Assembly (NCBI GenBank): GCA_050084515.1
Contig: CM114271.1
Location: 23,746,001-23,810,000 of the forward strand
Reading direction: 5' to 3'
Origin: Blasia pusilla
Taxonomy: Eukaryota
DNA length: 64,000 bases
A program made the translations under genes and the position numbers. Below are positions 26,833-39,799 of this stretch, piece by piece. Positions within the stretch are counted from its first letter, which is position 1. Each line of letters opens with the position of its first letter. Under the pieces are notes generated by a model that saw only the letters and a list, made by a program, of their open reading frames with translations, had not been told where the DNA came from and did no database searches.

Positions 26833-29668
26833 TGGAATCCCTTGTTCGAGTTTTATGTGAGATAATCAGATTTCAACCTTCCTTTGAAACCCTACAACAA
26901 ATTCGTCAGCTGCATAGGACCATCAAACCTCAACGGGGCACCAGTCCAGAAATCCAGCATTGCCTGCAGATGCCTTTCACATGGTAGGCGTCCATAATCG
27001 AAAGGACCGGCAAGGTTGTCTTTGGGATGACATCCTTCTTCTCCAGAGACCAGGCTTTCCCAGATGCGTTTCATACAACAGGCTTCCGGAATCTGAATTG
27101 TCTTTGAAAAGACCGGCTTCCGGCATATCTACACTTCTGCACGCCAAATTGCGTACGGAGATAACTCGAACGCTCCCAGTCGGCTGGGAGCGCATTCGTT
27201 AGTCTTCGAAGAATAGAAAGGAAAACAGAATCTGTCCGCTCGTACGATTTGGCGACTACGCACCATGAAAACAAAGATCCCTGCGGGAATCGCGTTTCTT
27301 AATCGCCCTCCAAAGGGACAAAAATAAACACCCAAACGCCCCCCTCCGTGAATCGCCCCCCTTCTTGGTCGCCCCCGCACCGGTGAATGGGAGTTTCTGG
27401 TATGTTCTTGATCCTATGGAGTAACCCGAATCTATACTATTATGGGCAAGTGGCCTCTCATTTCGCAAACACTTCACTTTGCGACACGTGGCATTTTTGG
27501 CCACGAGATGCATGCATGCCTTTAGAGTCGGACATTTTAGGTTTTTAACATGCCCGTTGGAAGGCGTCCTTCGCAAATTATTGTAATGATTTGGTAAGTC
27601 ATGCATTCAATTTTTTTTGACCCACTTATGATCGTCATGAGGATGTCCACTTTTTCGAAGCCAATATCCGTTTTGTCCGAAGACAGTTACGGTTGTGGCA
27701 GGGGACATCTGTTGATGTAAATGCCCTCTCCCTTGGACGGCATATCTTAGGGTTTGAGTTCTTAGTGGAGTGTCCAGGTCCAATTCTATTTATACGTTCT
27801 ACAACTTCGAGCATTGGATACAGTGAGCATTTCAATCACATATTCATACCACACAGGTTTTGATCTATTCAATGCAAGGTGTTTGCCATTGATGCTTACT
27901 ATGAAGCTTTATTCAAGTGTATGCTTTGACAATACTCTTTCAAATAGTCTTTCATAGTACCACTCTACTCTTACATGTATGTTTTGTGGATTGCAGATAC
28001 TACAGTAGCTAGCAGTTGCACATTGCGGAAGGCGTCATAAAGCAACTCCCAGTTGAAGCCACCGAATGTCTCCCTAAAGCTCTCAATTCGAGAGTTGCTA
28101 GGTTCAGCTCTAAGTGTTGCAGCTCTCGGATCACCTCCTCTGGTCTACTTCAGCTTCTTCGTTGCAGGTACTCCAGAAAGTGGCAGCTACCGATCGCAGA
28201 TCAGGTTCATGTGGCCTCCTGTCTCAATCCAACAGTTGGTCTACGTTCAGCTCCAGCTATTGCAACTCCCACCTCCAAGCCTCATGTGTTCAAGGTGCAG
28301 GACAGATCGCTGGTGCATAATCATATCATCCAGAATAAGAGAAAAAAATCCAAACATGGGAAAGGGAAGAGTGTTGCCAAAGTCACTTCGTCGAATAAGC
28401 ATTATGGCGTAAAGAATGCTGATTCTGAATTGTTGGAGAGTTCCAAGTGGTCTAGGGTCCAAGGGAGCCCCGAGTATCGCCTTAAGAGGCCCAACAACGA
28501 AGTAGAGTTCGAAGCTACCTCAATGAAAAAAGCTTCGCAGGAAACCCACTATGGACGAGGACTGCTCGCTATCTCCAAAGAGCTCCCCAAAAGTCCAAAA
28601 CATGACCCCACATCCGCATGTGACAGTAAGGGCCCCAAAAAATGGGCAAAAGCGTCAAGATGTTGTAGTCAACATTCATATTGTACTCTAAGTTTGAGGG
28701 GAATAAAATATTTTCTTTGTAACTATCTATAGGAATGTCTATTTGCCTCATTTCGGCTCCTGGTAGTACTCAACTCGAGTACAAGTGGACATGAGTAACC
28801 ACGAAACAACAACAACAAGGAGTTGCACTGCGTCCGCAAGTATGAAGAGAACAGCCGCGACCCTGAAACCTAAACGCTACTCTCAGAAGGAACACAAATC
28901 CAAGAAACTATCGAGAGAGCGGAGGAGGCTATGGACAGAGAGTAGCCACGACCCTAAATCACGTAAGCACGCAATCGGCCTAGTAGTGCCTTTTCAAATC
29001 CATCCCCAACCACAATTTCCATTGAGGCGAGGCCAAGCCCAGCTCCTACAATGCTACAAAAGATCCCAACCTACATCTGAGCAAGAACGAATTGAGATCA
29101 GAGCTACATCAATCCGCAGTGAGAGCATAAGGAGTTGAATGAGAGCCAGTGATAAAAAATGAGGATCGACATTGAGTGAGAGCCAACTATTAGAAATGAA
29201 GATGAGGGCACGTGTGGCGGCAAGGACCTGAGGAATTCAGAGAAGGTCTTCTCGAGGTGCTTGAGTAAGGTGCCCGCGCAAACTGCAGGGAAGAGTAAGG
29301 TGCATGCCTTGGTGCTTGCACGAACTTGCAGCAAAAGAATGCAGACCGCAGGAGGTTGCATGAAGTTGCCGCAAAGGAGCCCTTGAGGAGAGCTCCAAGA
29401 GTGCTTGAGGAGGGGGTGACTAGAGCGCCCATGTGGAGAGCGCGTGAGGGAGTCTCGACAAGGCATACTAGAGCGCGTGGAGCATCGAGACGCGGAAGAG
29501 TGCAGTGTAGGTTGAAGTGAGGGAAGGGAAATGGCGGGGTAGAGGAGGAGGGGGTTAGGGAGGTGGAGTGGGAGGGCGGGGGAAGAGGGTTGGCGTAAGG
29601 CCGCGCAGTGCGCTGCACGGCTGCAGAGGTGCATTACGTGCCTATGCAAACCGGAAGACCCTATAAAG

Positions 29669-29730
29669 GCCCCTATCTCTTTGTGTCACGCAGCACGTTA
29701 GCGAATTGCGCGGCACAAAGAGATAGGGGC
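29669..29730. repeat. Hairpin with perfect 17-bp stem (extends to ~24 bp)
   Basis: gcccctatctctttgtg / cacaaagagataggggc. Confidence 0.9.
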
Positions 29731-29826
29731 TATTAGATTTTTCATCCAACCCCTAACACGTGGAGGTGGCGGTTTAGGCGGTCGGTAGGACTAGGGTCGT
29801 GCCCGGTCGGCTCGGGAGTAGGGACG

Positions 29827-29880
29827 GGTTAGGTTAGGGTTAGGGTTGGGTACGTGCCCAACCCTAACCCTATCCAAACC
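29827..29880. repeat. Hairpin built from TTAGGG-like repeats (16-bp perfect stem)
   Basis: tagggttagggttggg-tacgtg-cccaaccctaacccta. Confidence 0.85.
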
Positions 29881-30374
29881 TGTTATTTTTTTAATCAAAT
29901 TTTTTTTTAAACCCCCTTCTACTTTTACTTTATTTCCTCTTTCTCTCTTTTGTAAAAAAATTTCTCTCATTTCTTTTTTTTCCTTTTTCATATCCTACTT
30001 GGATAGGTTATCGCCTTTGTCCTCAACCTAACCTAAAATTATTTTCAAATTAAGATTCCTGAAAATAGGATTTTCCTAGAATAAAAGGATTTTTCTAATT
30101 TTCTCTTGATTTTTATCTCGCCCTGTAAGTAGATATTTCTTTTTTTTCCTCTTTCTTAATAATTCATGTCAAATTCTCATGTTTATCTAATATTTTTGGG
30201 GTGTGTAATGTAGATGGTCAATGTCGATGGATCATTATTACACGCGCAGAGGCACCCACCTGATGATATCACAAATATACCGGTTGGGCAACATATTTCA
30301 AGGAGATATATAAACGTAGAAAAGAAAATTTCTCCGATGTAAGCATCTTTCTTTCTTTTATATCTTAATTTACA

Positions 30375-30569
30375 TCTATGTTATTATGGGAGAGTGACTT
30401 CATGATTTGCAAACAACTCTATGCTCGACAAGTGATAACTGGGCAGGAATGAAAGGTTTCACATGAAAAAAAATAAAATTGTATGGAGAATCATTAATCT
30501 TTTCCCTTGGCTTCACGAGGCATACATATACGTTGTTATCTCGTGTGCATCGCACGAACACCTTACTAG
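30375..30569 (+). mobile_element. Non-autonomous Helitron (best-preserved copy)
   Basis: Inserted between A and T. Has a 5' TC, a subterminal hairpin tcgtg-tgcatcg-cacga and a 3' CTAG. Confidence 0.75.
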
Positions 30570-31353
30570 TCCCTATGGAGGTTACAACTCTTGTGTGGTG
30601 TTAGAACCATTGGGTTTACTGTTTGAGAGTTTACAGTCTTATCCCTGAACGCTAGGTCGAACCCAAACTACCCCACCACAACCCTAAGGGCTTGGTTCCA
30701 TACTTGCAGGGTAGCGACGACCATAGAAGGTCGTTAATTTTTTTGCATCCAAAACTTTTGGGCGCTAAACTAGCCCAATGTCCTCGTGACGTTATTTAGC
30801 AGAGGACCGACAATACTTAGTTTAAAAGCTCTCCATAAATTGTAGGATAACCATTTTGGGCGTAGAAAATGGGTCTCCATCACCTCCACGGGTGTCCAAG
30901 GAATCACACCCTAAGGGTTCGATTCCATGGCCAAGTTCTTAGGGTCGCACGTGACCACAAGATACTTTATCCGACTACAACACGTGACAGGTTCAACCAT
31001 AACTTGCAGAATGGCACTAATCTCCCTGTTAGCTAATTCTGTAACTGAAAATGAGATTTCCAATTACGGAAACTACAATTGAAATTCCCTCTTCCATTTC
31101 CAAGAAAAATTCCCCCTCCCCCCTCCCCTAACCTTTCAAACAAAAATTCCCTCTTTACCCCGCATCATCCCCTCCCACGATACATACTCGGAACTATTAC
31201 CATTCTTCTATGAGGATGTGTGTGGAGAGGTCTTTTGGTTGACTAAAGGGGACATGGCACATACTAAACCCTAAACCTTAAACGTTCCACACTCCAAAAA
31301 CAATCAATTTGATTGTTTTCAGAGTGTGGAACGTGGCGTGGCGGTGCAGCCAG

Positions 31354-31355
<2 letters not shown>

Positions 31356-31417
<62 letters not shown>
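31356..31417. repeat. (CT)31 microsatellite
   Basis: Pure CT run. Confidence 0.98.
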
Positions 31418-31420
<3 letters not shown>

Positions 31421-33662
31421 GCTCAGTGATTTGAAGATGTTTACAAGCCCAACTTACAACCACTACCAAAGATGATCTTTGCTACTTGTGTTCTTCATAA
31501 TATTATAATAGACATGGATGATCCTATTGTTGATAATCTCATAGATCACCATCCTCGGGAGGGATGCATGGTGCATAAGGTCGTAACCTTCCTCCAAACA
31601 ATGAAGCAATACATGATGGGAGGAGAAATTGCGATATGATTCCTCTTTTTGATCATGTCATGGGTGCAATTCCATAGTAATTTCAATATTTCAATAATAT
31701 ATGATTGCATAAGTGCACCATAGTTTGTCACTTGTCTCATTATGAATTCTTCTTGAATGTAAGAGCTAACAATCTTCCTTCAAAACTTCTCCCAATGACT
31801 AGAGATCATTGTGAAAGCATCTCCATTGTGTTGTAGGACTTGTAATTCCAATTTCCTTTGGTAACAATCCTCTTTGTATCCACGATCTATAACATCAATT
31901 ATGGAATGAGTGGATTATTGCATAGCTTGGCCCAAAGAGCTCCTTCTTTGATGTTTACCTCTAATCCCAACACCAAGGCTCCTCTTTTTCAAATTTCCCT
32001 CTTTAGTTATAGAGGCCTTTCACGTGTTGGAATATGCATTACTATGTACACAAGACGACAAAATTCATTATTTGAATTGCAAACATCCCATTATTGTGAA
32101 AAACATTGGAAATACATAAACACATGAAAGGAAAAAACAAAGGTATTATAAGCACCTTGAATAGGAGGAAAGGATGGTGGTGGAGTGATTGGAGGCGCAT
32201 TGGTAGGCATCCCTTCTGGAGCCATTGGGGTCTCAAATAGCTCTTCCTCTATATTAACAAATAATGAATTAGTAACATCCCATATATTCATCATATGTAA
32301 TGTTAAGCAACAAAGAAACATTAGCATTCATATTGATGTATCTGGAGTCACAGGAGAATGTATGATAGTGATGGGTGGAGTTTCTGTTGTATTTGAAGTT
32401 CCCTCCTTCAATAGGTATCCATAAGTACCTCAAAGGTCATCATTAAGATCAGGAAGGAGAGATGTATCAAAGTTTCATACTCCCATGCTCTGTGGATCCA
32501 CGTCTTGTTGCTTAGGATGCTAGTCTACTAGATCCTTATAAAACATCTCATCAAAGATTGAAGGTAGACCTCGTTCTTTTCGATCCTTTTTTGACATACA
32601 TGTGTCAATAAAAGATAATGCCTCCCTTCCGTTCCTAATCATGAACCTGAAAATTACATAAGTGTTAGATTTACAAAATGAATTAAACCATATGATATTT
32701 AAATTTTTTTTTCCCTATGACCAACTTACTTTTTTGAAGTCTTTGAAGAGAGCACTCCACTTCTTTTTGCATGTATGCCCATGACAAATGGGTTGTGTCA
32801 TTCCTTTGTTGAAACAATAGTCCACCATTTTTTTCCATTTCATTTTTACGCTGGCCATAGTAGATTGAGTTGTGTGATTTCAGTTCTACTACTTCCATCT
32901 CGTGTCGTTTTTCCGCGATCAACATTTTGATCTTCGTAGGCGTTCATGTAATCAACTTGTCCTTTTGTTGTGGTACTTGAGAGTCAAGTATGACACAATC
33001 ATCATCTACAAGACTTGCTTGTTACAATGAGAAAGACACAAAATGAAAATGAGTACTAAAATTTTCAGGAATGAAAAGTAGTGGAAAGGTACAAATATAT
33101 ATTATAATTATAAGAATTTAAAAAATGGACTTGCCCAAGTTTTCATCATGAAAATTAGTACAAAACTTTATTATAATTAAAATGAGTAGCTATAAAACTA
33201 GAGCTTCCCTCTAGGTCTCTCCTCTTTACCTTGCAATTCTCTATTCACAAAAAATTTAAAATAATAAAAATTTCAAGAAGTTCCACTAAGACAAATTATT
33301 CATAATACCTTCTCCATATTGTAAATGTAGTCCTCACTTGGAAAGCCTAAAGTGCAGAAAGGAAATTTGGTGAGGGCAAACCTACACTTGAAGATACCTA
33401 AACGCATCCTTTCAAACACTTGAAGATAAGGGGTGTAAGAGTTCTCTAAAATTGGAAAAGGTGTTTAAAGTACAAATGAAGCATCTGTGAAAGTTGCCCC
33501 AATTGCAATTTGAAGAAGATTCTCTACTTTTGCAAGCAAATGACAAACATGGTTTTCACGTCTTTTAGGATAGATCGGTGAGATCTAATAGAGCGCCTTT
33601 GCAAGTAGTGGAGGACAGACTCAAGAGGTTGATGATGACCTACTGAGGCTCCGAGAAACGTG

Positions 33663-34116
33663 TGTCACGTCCTTTAGGATAGATCGGTGAGATCTAGTGG
33701 AGCGTCTTCAAGAGTAGTGGAGGACAGGCCTAGGAGGTCGAGGATGACCTGTTGAGGCCCTGGGACTCATTTGGGCTCATTTGGAACCATATTGAAGAAC
33801 TTACTATTTTAGGTTATTACCATTTTGAGTATATGATCGACTTCCTATTTTTGGTAAGTGGCCCTTGACCGCCTATATCAGGTCAAGAGCCAAAGAGGTG
33901 ACTTGGAAGAATAAGTTACCATGGAGAGAGCTTGGGAGAGGGGAGGGGTATATATCCCAAGGAGAGAGAGCTTGAGAGCTCATTCTCTCTTTGTTGAATC
34001 TCTTGGCATGAGGCGGCGGAGCTATGGTCCCTTGCCTTGTGAGTGTAACCTAAGCCTCTCATTAGGAGAGCAGATTTGGTTTGACATGAGAGAGAGAAAT
34101 TGGATCTTACTTTACA
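33663..34116 (+). repeat. Terminal repeat block A1
   Basis: Direct repeat of 43111-43628 apart from two small indels. TG...CA ends. Confidence 0.9.
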
Positions 34117-35663
34117 AAGAGAGAATGAGAGAATGAGAGAAAGAGAGAATGCGAGAATGAGAGAGTGAGAGAGCTTCATGGGGGAGCTCGCTGGTCACTT
34201 GCTGTTTTTGCAGGTTGGGGACCGTGTTCCCCGTTCAACGGCTCATGGGAGTGCTCATTGGAGCAAGGGTTGCTTGGATTGTTCTTTGCATTTGCCGATT
34301 TTTCGTGTGGAAGAGTGGCGCGCGGAAGCGCTGCCGAATTTTTGATAAGGATTGAGTATGGGGGCGTGTTGCCCCATGCCGGTGCTTTTGGGAGCACCAT
34401 GTCGCTTACTGATTTGTATTTTTACAGGTTTTACATTTTTGTTGGGAGGAATCAGCGCGGAAGCGTTGCCGAATGTTGGGTAGAAGAAAGAGACATTGGA
34501 CTTTACGACAATCCCTGTCAATTTTTACTGGAATGTTTGATTCCAAATATTTTTTGATACTAGCGTAGATCGTGAAGCTATACACGCTGTGCAACAAACA
34601 ATACACAATTTGGAGTTGCGAGCAAAAAGTTATGGTCAATCTTGCAAAACTTCCATTGCTACACGATTTTTAGGGTTAAATTGTGCAAACCCTAAACCAG
34701 CCGCCACACCGGCGGCGGCCGTCGCCGTCATAGTCATCGTCAACCATCAACGGTCAACTTTCATCGTCGATGGTCAACCATCACCGTCAATGGTCCACCG
34801 TCCGTTGTCCACCCTTGGTTGCCATTGCCGCCGTTACGGAGTGGAGGGTCTTCCACAACGTTCATTGATTCTCGGACTTGCGTCGCTATCACGTACTTTT
34901 TTTGGCCGCCACCGTCATCAACCTGTGATGGCATATGACCTATTGTTATAGTGTTTGAGTTTTGAGTTCCAGCTGCTATGTTTTGATTGGTAGCCGGTCA
35001 ACGACGACCGGGTACTCTGCCGTGACGCCCGTAGCCGCAACGCGCCGCCGATTGCCGCGTCGTGCCGCTCGTGGCCGCACTGCACCGTCTTGATCATGGA
35101 GCCGCTTCCGCATTGTGGAGCTGAGTGTGGGTTTATTGTTGATTGAGGAGGGTATGACGCCGAGTGCCGCATCCCATCATCGAGGGCCGTTCCGTGCCGC
35201 CTGCAACGCCGCACCGTTCCGCTGGAATTGCACCGTCTATCGAGGATTTTTTAGCAACGTCAGTACGGGAGGAGTATGACTTGCTGATTGGAGGAGTTTT
35301 CTCCACGATCGAGTTGGGGTCGAGATTCGTAGTTCCTGAGGAGCGACATCAACATGTGTTCAGGTTACCCATTCTGGTCCTTTACCCTGCACGTGTGAGG
35401 GATTCTGGGATTTGGGTAGTTTATTTGAGGATATTGGATGTGTGGATGCTGAGAGCATCATTTATGTATGTGATTTAGGGGACATAGACTTGTGTGTGAT
35501 GTCCGGAGTTGAGGGTAGGTTGTCGATGAGATGATAGCCTTGTCGATTTGCCGCACCACACCGCTTATTGCCGCACGTTACATGTCTCAGGGAGGGAGAG
35601 TGTAGATTGAGTGCCGCATGTTTGGGATGAGTGATTGAGGGATTACTCGCGAGGCAAGATTGA

Positions 35664-37669
35664 TTGGGTAAGAAGGGCACGAGGTTCATCACGGCGTCCA
35701 TTCAGGACTTTGAGAGGCGAGGTGGTGAACCCGAGAGTAGCTCTAGAGGTTTTACGCGGAGTGGCGTGAGGTTCCGAGGGTCTTCACTTCAGGGACCACC
35801 TCGACCTCCTTCTGTGTCATCGTCAGACAAGGGGGAGGGTGTAGAGGAATTTGTGAGCACATCGCCACACATTGTGAGTGGTCCTACCAGTTGGGCGTAC
35901 GAGATGGACGACCGGGGTAGAGGACCGCATAGGTTTTCAGGTACAGTAGGTACGATTGAGTTGCACGATTTCATGGCAGAGTTTAGGAGTTCGTGCGACT
36001 CCCAACGGGCCCGGAACTATAGAGAGTTCAACCCGTTTACAGCATGGAACGATATGTTCCAGCATTTAGAGGGGGCACCCATGGACGATAACCATGAGTT
36101 TTCCCACACATATGCCTGTGAGATTGAGGCATGGCGACTCTACTACGACCCACACTATGTGTCATGGACGGAGCCGTTCCCAGATGAGGAGGAAGAGTCA
36201 AGAGAGGCTACTTCCTCTTCCACTAGTGATGTTTTAGGAGGGGTCACTCGCACTGGAGCAGTTGCACCGTCTAGTCAGGTTCGTCCTAGGTCAACCCCGT
36301 GGTTGAGTTCTTTGCTGAGTTGAGGGCGAGCTACCAAGGGGTATGGACGGAAATTTTGTGGAGCATCCACAACTTCCAGAGGCGCTCGGGTGAGAGTTTA
36401 CGTGAGGCTTACACTCGATTGCGCCGGTTTCGGGGTGACAGAGGCTATCAGTTAGCATGGTCATGGATGGACCCTCACGGCCACGGGTGCGGAAGGGTGC
36501 TTCTTATGAACACCTCCCCTACGTTGAGAGATGATTTTAGGACCGCCAAGAACATTGAGCGCAACATGGCGGAGGAGAGCGTAGCCACCATGGGTTCTGG
36601 GCGAGAGCAATCGCGATTGGTGCACCACCTATGGAGCAACGTGGACTCCGAGATAGGTCGTGTGGCACCACGAGCTGGGGGAGGATACCGGGAGCCCGGG
36701 CACGGAGACTGCGCCTTCATATGCGGCTCAATAGCAGCCGCCTACTATTACTTGTTGGTCATGTGGTGGAGCCCATCGCCGCCATTGTCGTGGGTCATGG
36801 ACGTATGCCTCAAAGATGGAGGAGGAGATGGTGCCGCACCAAGAGGTTATCGTGTGACTATTGTCGAGGTATGGTCACACGCGCAGGTGTTTGATTTACA
36901 TCCCGAGTTACGTTCGGACCGAGGGCCAGAGAGGGCACCGGAGCGAGTAGCCGGTCCGGATGGGCCTAAAGATCGTGCACCAGGTGGTCACGTTGGGGGA
37001 CGAGGAGCTGGAGTTTCCCGACAGGATGGTGAAGCTGCCCGTGGAGGAGGTAGAGTACTACCACCTAGACACGCCGAGGGAGACGCCAAACGTGAGGATG
37101 GGATGGTTGCTCAGATATAGGAGCAGATTGCTGATATGGGATTGAGGTTATTCGATGCCGGATCCGTGGCATCGACATCATATGGAGCAGCTAGAGATCT
37201 GGAGGATCCTTGTTGGATGTGCGAGGTTGCCCAGATGGAGGCCGCCGCAGTTGTGACGCGTGGAGCAGCCGCAGAGTTGGATCCACAGTGAGGGGAAGCC
37301 AGAAAATAGAGTAGGCTTCCTCAGTCTTTCACGTTGTCCGAAGCGATGAGGACCCCATCGATGGGTCCTCATCAAAGTTCCTTGAGCGTTGGTGATGTTG
37401 TTGGTGTGCAGGCACGGAGGGCAATGGGAGAAGCGAGTGTGATGACTCCTATTGTTGATGCTCATGAGAGACATATGTCGAGCACATTGTTGGGGGCGGC
37501 CACCGTTGTGTACCGCACTCCTTTATTTTCTGCTTCCGATGTTATGACGTTGGGGGGTACGCCCGCCGAGGCTTTTCGGCTGGCCACGTCGCTATGTGAG
37601 CGCGGGGTTGGAGTTCTTGCATCACGTTCAGAGGTGATTGCAGAGAAGGTGATGGACTGCCGCCTTTGA
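35664..37669 (+). pseudogene. gag-like region of the inner Gypsy element
   Basis: RFSG....LHDF..EFR and FQRRSGESLREAYTRLRR; a frameshifted CCHC knuckle (tgtgactattgt...ggtcacac..tgt) at ~36855 that is intact in the relative at ~58100-58170. Confidence 0.7.
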
Positions 37670-37799
37670 GCGGATGCTCGGACCGTCACGCCGTCGAGAA
37701 TCATGGCGGTCATGGTCGCTAGAATGGCGGAGATGCCCGCTAGGCCCGCGATAGAGCGTGTCATGGCTTCTCCTGGTGTTGTGTTGCTGGATAACCAAG

Positions 37800-38150
37800 G
37801 AGAGGTCTTCCAGTTGGTGAGTCCAAGAGGTAGAGCTTTTAGTCCGCAGCGCGTCTTGTTGGATTCAAGAGCGCAACCCTTGATGTTAGGAAAAGCATCA
37901 TTTAGAGGATTGGGCTTGACGAGAGCCGATGTGGAGTGTTGTCCATTCCGGATAAAGACATCCTTGGATGGAGCGAGTAACACACAGTATATCACCCGAC
38001 ATGAGGTCGTGGTGAGGATTCTCCCGGGACATCCTACTGATGAGTCTGTGGTGCGCGCCAAGGCGATACTGATTGATGCAGAGTCCTACGACATCTTGGT
38101 TGGTGGAGCAGTGTTATACCCGATGGGGTTTTCCTTGGATTACTGGGAGG
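37800..38150 (+). pseudogene. Retropepsin-like aspartic protease domain
   Basis: RVLLDSRAQPLML (the catalytic DSG appears as DSR) and C-terminal YDILVG. Confidence 0.75.
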
Positions 38151-38569
38151 AGCCAACATCCTACAGACCAGGATGGCAGTCAAGTGATGGGCACCTTAGC
38201 TCATTACCCGTTCGATTCACTGGTGTAGTGATCGAGCAACGGCCAGGAGAGATGGCGACCTTAGCAGCATTTAGCAGTGCCATCACTTGGCCTAGTGATT
38301 TGATTGAGGGAGATGTCCATGCAAAGGATACTCTCGTTCTTGACATTTCTATTGAGAGGAGTGTTATGGTAGCTGCATCATTCCGTGGAGGAGAGGTGCC
38401 GTTGTGGGACTCGACTGAGGAGCTTCGACGATTGGCAAATGAGCACGTGCAGACCGCATGGAGCGAAGCGTTTGCATCGGAGCGTGACGGGTCTGAGGAA
38501 CCCGAGGTAGCAGGGAGTGCTACAATGACACCCTTGGATACAACACCCATTGTGTGGTGTATCCCGGAG

Positions 38570-39490
38570 GAGGGTATTCGAGTATTAGATCTCTTTGGAG
38601 GGTTTAGCACTGGGTTAGCTGCTGTTTTGCAGGCAAGAGTGCGAGTACAACAGTACATGTATGTGGAGAGTGATGATGTTGCAAGGCGCGTCTCACTACG
38701 ACATGTGGCGCAGTTACGCCTACGTTTTCCCGACTTATTGTCTGGTCAGCAAGACATGGGTTGAGTTCCCTACCGAGGGATATTTCGTTGTTGGGGGCGC
38801 AAGACTTAGAGCGGGTAGGGACCATTGATTTGGTCATTTCCGGTTGGCCATGTCAAGGCCAATCGAGTGCTGGACGAGGTAGCGGGTTGGTCGACACTCG
38901 GTCCAGGTTGTTTTGGGAGATGTTGAGGGTCTTACGACGGTGGCGGGGAGCACCGCCTCGTTCTTGACCTACATTCGGAGAATGTGCCGATCTTAGAGAC
39001 TCAGTCACGGGTGGTGACGAGTGGTCATCATGTGCGTGCGTGGATCGGCCCAGCAGTTGTTCTTGATGCGGCGAGTGTAGGTTCTAGAGCCCATCGCCCC
39101 GCGTCTATGATGGACCAACTTGGTGCCCCATGCGGTGTTGGGCGTATGGGAGAGTGGGCGCCCCTCCCATTTGTTAGTGGATTCCATTCTAGATCCAGTC
39201 GCCGATCACAAACAAGTGAGGCACGATGATCGACCACCGCTGGATCGTGGTCAATGTCAGGTAGGCCGCGAGCGGCCTTGCCCACATTTGTGAGTTTTCC
39301 GCTTCCTACTCATACAAGGAGGTCGGGCCTCGCTTGGTTTGGGATGACCATGTCCATCGGTTGGTGGAGCCCAACGCCGATGAGAGAGAGCCCAGAGTGA
39401 CGGCAAGATCGGTGTTAGAGGCATCACGACGCTATGTCTTGGGTCAGCGATGGACTGAATCGCTTGACATGGATCCTCGGCTTGGGAGTG
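38570..39490 (+). pseudogene. DNMT3-like C5 cytosine DNA methyltransferase domain within pol (frameshifted)
   Basis: Motif I VLDLFGG..TG; II YVE; III DI; IV DLVISGWPCQGQS; V G.GL...RSRLFWE; VI ENV; VIII AHRP; IX-X EPNADERE...LGQ.MD. Confidence 0.9.
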
Positions 39491-39799
39491 GCGAGAGAGC
39501 GTCGTATGAGATCGCGGATCATAGCGGTTGCGTTGGTGAGCCCCATGCCTCATCGAGACAGTGGAGGCGTGGTGGGGCGAGACCCGAGGAGATCTACACA
39601 CCGGGGAGATCGGGAGAGACACCTTGGACTTCTTGGGATGTTTTTGTACGCTGAAGATGATAGCCACAACATCGAGCGTGGTTTTTGCAATCTTTGTATA
39701 TGGAGGAGATCGAGTTTGTAGTTGGTCAGAGAAGAGCAGCCAAGCGTTGTTGTTCGAGACAGGGTTGCACCATTGCAGAGAGTCCTACCGTAGTCACGA

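Noticed and set aside
28016-29649. 238-aa Ser/Lys-rich ORF and neighbouring ORFs
   Set aside because: No recognisable motif or consistent exon structure. Possibly decayed TE or lineage-specific sequence, so no call can be supported.
31500-33550. AT-rich region resembling decayed transposon coding sequence (also 2450-3730 and 6890-8150)
   Set aside because: Too degraded to assign a family or boundaries by eye.
38570-39490. Host DNMT3/DRM gene or bacterial restriction-modification contamination
   Set aside because: The domain is intronless, embedded in pol at the same position in two TE copies, has non-permuted motif order (unlike DRM), and has no restriction-enzyme partner.
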